Shown: positions 60,043-64,000 of the stretch, piece after piece
How the letters are laid out: each line of letters starts with the position of its first letter
Numbering within the stretch: the stretch's first letter is position 1
Source: Azolla caroliniana
Taxonomy: Eukaryota; Plantae; Polypodiophyta
DNA length: 64,000 nucleotides
NCBI GenBank assembly: GCA_043228905.1
Contig: JBHGNT010000008.1
Span: 4,650,001-4,714,000, forward strand
Reading direction: 5' to 3'
Position numbers and translations under genes: made by a program
Notes under the pieces: model-generated
Told to the model about the DNA's origin: nothing
Database searches by the model: none
Seen by the model: only the letters and a program-made list of their open reading frames with translations

Positions 60043-62982
60043 TCAAATGGAGGTACTATTGGGGATGCCTTTTCCTGTGAGCCCCTCGGAAGAGAAAGGG
60101 GAAAGAAGGGTGTATGGCACTTTGACAGATCCATGTCGATTGTGAAGCGTTGGGTTAGCATTACGAGCTATAATATTCTTCTCGATGATCAAAAGTTGAG
60201 CCTTAAACCGCTTGAAAGCTTCTATAGCCGCTTCATTGGCTATCCAAAAAGGTGCACGATCTCCCAGATACTCCTCGTCATCTGCATGGGTGGACAAAAT
60301 CTCGATGATGGCCATCACGATGATGGCTTGAGTCTTGGTGGAAAGAGATGTTAAAAAGTCAGGATGATGTTCCCCTAGTGTGTAACCATTCTTCTCATTG
60401 TCAATGACATTGTCCTCTTCATAAAATGGTATCAACTTTCTCGCAGATGTTGGTTTGTTTGGCATGAACCCTGCGTATGCATATTGTCCAAAATTTACCG
60501 CTGCATGATGTGCTGATGCGAGCCATATGATTGTAGTTAAAGCCTCCCCCAATTCATCGACCCCTTGCATTACATTTATCCACCCTTCTTTTTTGTCCCC
60601 ATGTCCCACCCCTAACACTTCATCCCACCATCTTTCCAACTCCACATCCTTCTTTAAAGCCTCTTCTCCATCACCTTTGTAGAAAATACTTAGGTATTCT
60701 CTCACCCACTCCTTGATCGCCCACCATATCTCTAGCCCGTCCACTGCAAAGGGATAGTCTTCTATCAATAGCCTCAACCCATGTTTTGATGTAGGATCCT
60801 CCACTGCCATCCCCCTACAATGATGAAACAACATTAACAACTATATTTTGCAACATATAAGCATACACATTACATTCCCTACACCACACTATTAGAGTAG
60901 GCCCAAGTGACTATTTTTGACAAATTTTGGATGGCTATAGATGGATTTGGTCTTGGCAGAAACCTCTATATATAGGTCTCAAACTAAAATTGCAAATAAC
61001 AAAATGCATCAACTAGCTGAATTTTGCAATGGACAAGGTTTACTACTAGACTATCAACTATTTCATAATTTTGTCATAGTATAGAAAGAACTCATGTATA
61101 ATGGGTTAGATATTAAGGTTGGGGTGAGCCAATTAGTTAGTAGATTGACTTTGGTCACGTTTAGTCTACATGGATATGCTTCATACATCAATCTTTGGTT
61201 TTATAAGATGAGGATATAAAAAGGCTAGCTAAGGTGCATTAGCTAGTCTCATTATGAGATTGGTTGACAAGAAAGAAAGAAAGATATATTAACGTCCTCT
61301 AAGACCAAAATTGGCCCATGAGACAATTGGTTTACAACAAAAATGGGGTATTTACCCATTCATCGAAAGTAAAAAAAAAAAAAAAAAGAATAGAATAGAA
61401 CTTAAGCTAAAGAGTTTTCTACATGTTTTATTACCTTTTGAGCAAATCAGCTGGCAAGCCTTGCTCATCGAACCGCCAACTTCTATACCCTACCGAGCTC
61501 ATCTCCATCGAGTATTTGTTAGAGAAAAATGTTCTTTCAATGATCCCTCCAATCAAGAATTGACCGGTGTAGGCATTGATCAATATTTTCCTCGCAATTG
61601 CATTTATGTTCATTGTATTTTTGAAATGTGGCACAAGCAAAACATGAAGAGGATGCATGGCACTAAGATGCCTATGTGTGGCAATGATAAAAGGCTCTAT
61701 GGAAGCATGGGTACGAAGCCTACAAAATGTAAAACAACATATAATTTTCAATATTGTTATGTAACATGTTTAACCAAATAAATCCCTAAGAAAAAATGAA
61801 AGTGAAAAAAAAATCCTTCTTACCAATGACTAATGAGTTGATGATAACCTGCATCATTGATAGATACATGTGCTTTGGCAAGATGCCACCAAGTATGGTT
61901 TTCGTTCGGGTCATGTGGTGGAGTAAAAACTCTATTCAATTTTTGGGGGTCATCCTTGTTGGAGTTAGTGGGCAAACTTAGTTCTATTGCAAGCAACTTG
62001 AGTGTCCCATTTTCTGTGAGGAAAACCACGGTTCGAGATGCATATGCCTTTACTTCCTCCAAGGCATTGATCTTCCCTATGTAGGGGAGGAATACATCAT
62101 GGTAGTCTAGTATGTACAATCTATTTTGATTGATAGCCTAACAAAGAAAAGTAATTGCAAAGCATTAAAAATCAGAAAACACATATGTTTACAAATGTAA
62201 CATGAAATGTATAGTTCTTGTGTATATTTATTTTAACTTGTTGCCCCATTGTATATATTCCTGGACTTGTATATTTCTTATTGATTAACTCATCACTACA
62301 TTTGCAAATAGTAAAGAATACATCCAAATTGTGCAATGAACACAATGTTGTGTTTTGAATGTAAGCCAATATTCTAAAAATTGATAGATTCTTATACCTC
62401 TACTACAGAGAGGCCGTTCATGTTTTTCTCTAAATCGTATGATGTTATTGAAGACGTTGTTGGCCCGTAAACATTTGGATCTAGTTTGGATTCAATGGGG
62501 AAAGCCTAGTAAAGTAGGAAAAGTGGTTAGTATCACTAAAAAAGCATTATATAAAACCTACATGATTTCAAATAAAAGCATTATATAAAATCACCTTTAA
62601 CCGTTGAATGACCATTGGATTCAGTCCGGCCAACATTTGACGTGCAAATTCATCATCTTGAAGCCAAGCAGTGTGGTTGGCTACAAGGAGGAAACACCAT
62701 GCATTTTGATAAGATATATGGTTAATTAGCAAGACAAATGACTAAGAATTGTTCAAGAGAACGAGGTTTTGCAAGTAAAAAAAGAGTTATTGAATGGAGA
62801 TCTAGGTGACATATTTCCTTGGAAATTGTGACTAGTTTTTAGATTAATTTGTAGAGCAAGAATGATTGATGAGCAAAGGAATCTCGATTCTCCACCATCA
62901 TTTTTAGATGATTGGTGAAGAGGTTCAATGGAATCTTGTTGAAAACTTACAAAGTTAATAATCGTGGCAATATTGAAAAACA

Positions 62983-63024
<42 letters not shown>

Positions 63025-63736
63025 CTTACCTTGTATTACTTGGGGTACTGGGAACTTGAGAAAATGCGTGTCTCCAGTGCTAGGATCAATGATTTCACGA
63101 GCTAGTTCAAACACATTTTTAAGCCCTTTTTCTATTTCCTCATTGGATAAGGGCACAATAGCACCAACATCGATGCCAACACCCTTGGAATAGAGCTCTT
63201 TGACTTCATCAATGTGCGTAAATGTCTTCTTTCCCTCGATAAGCCTCTCAAGCACCGTTAATGTTCCATGAGCAAACGACTTTATCGAGGATCCTAAGAA
63301 ATCAGACTTCTTGATACGTTGAAATCGTTCGTCTCTTGGCACATATACTAACTCTAGAAGCTCCACCGGCCTTTCCGATGAGGGGTCTACCTTATTCATC
63401 AACATCAAGTTTGACATTGTGTTATTATTTTGACATCAATGCATTTAATGGAATTAGGATACTCATAAAAATATTTTGTCTAGGAGCTTTACCTATCTCG
63501 GTCCTATCTCGGCCTGTTCTACACCTTCGAGGGTAGGGGAACTCTTTTGAACCACCTAGAATGGTTCTAGAGTAGAGTTGATTATCCTTATCTGGGTCAC
63601 CAAGATCATTGTACACATCATAGTCATATATCCGGTCATGCCTCCATCTTTTTCCCCTACCATTACCTTGTAATTGTTCAAGCTCAGAATATCGAAGATC
63701 AATAAGACCATCTGGAGTTTGGTTTGGGAGGTATAC
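60043..63736 (-). CDS. LOX: Lipoxygenase, 3' seven exons (63736-63493, 63386-63030, 62680-62595, 62505-62398, 62137-61824, 61719-61435, 60814-60043); 5' exons beyond the window
   Basis: [76 protein letters not shown]-terminal [12 protein letters not shown] introns with consistent phases. Confidence 0.95.
61269..61412 (-). mobile_element. 3'-end fragment of the same LINE family in the last LOX intron
   Basis: AAGAAAGAAAGAAAGATATATTAACGTC...TTGGCCCATGAGACA...CCCATTCATCGAAAGTAAAA matches 2680-2815 and 12430-12570. Confidence 0.9.
62985..63020. repeat. (TG)n microsatellite in a LOX intron
   Basis: Seen directly. Confidence 0.9.
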
Positions 63737-64000
63737 CTACAGATAACAATACCATCATTATATGCAAAATGCCTAAGCTTTCCAATTGTGAACGGGTTTA
63801 AATGAATTAAAATATACTTTTATGAAATGGAAAGACATGCATGTCACTAGTATGGGTATACATTATGATCATGCATTTATTTATGCATGTGCTCATGGAT
63901 GTATGTGAGATTTATCATATCATTGACTTGAGTTTTGTTATAGCATATATTGTTTGTCATTTATGGTATTCACATGTTATATTGGACAATGTGTGGAGGT

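Overview
Eukaryotic land-plant nuclear DNA, probably a bryophyte or other non-seed plant (inferred from the TE lineages and gene structures). About 52 kb is a deeply nested transposon cluster. A decayed chromovirus (Ty3/gypsy) runs from before position 1 to 40705. It hosts a TIR element carrying a GRP pseudogene, a 619-bp TG..CA foldback element and a solo LTR. The solo LTR holds a tRNA-Trp-primed non-chromo Ty3 element, which in turn holds a full-length LINE and a young gag-only LTR element. The chromovirus also hosts three copia elements. A second, complete, inverted copy of the GRP-carrying TIR element (41714-47865, 8-bp TSD) and a truncated copia follow. The last ~11 kb holds two host genes facing each other: VPS22/SNF8 (7 coding exons, +) and the 3' seven exons of a lipoxygenase (-). 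Most notable: (1) in both LINE copies ORF1 and ORF2 are in frame, separated only by a UGA-CGG leaky-stop context, and ORF2 has no conserved AUG; (2) outward-facing tRNA-like A/B-box modules sit near the U3 end of three unrelated LTR families; (3) the foldback element has integrase-type ends; (4) the Pack-type TIR family has unusual CCCGGGGG termini. All boundaries, alignments and mismatch counts were read by eye; no database search was run.
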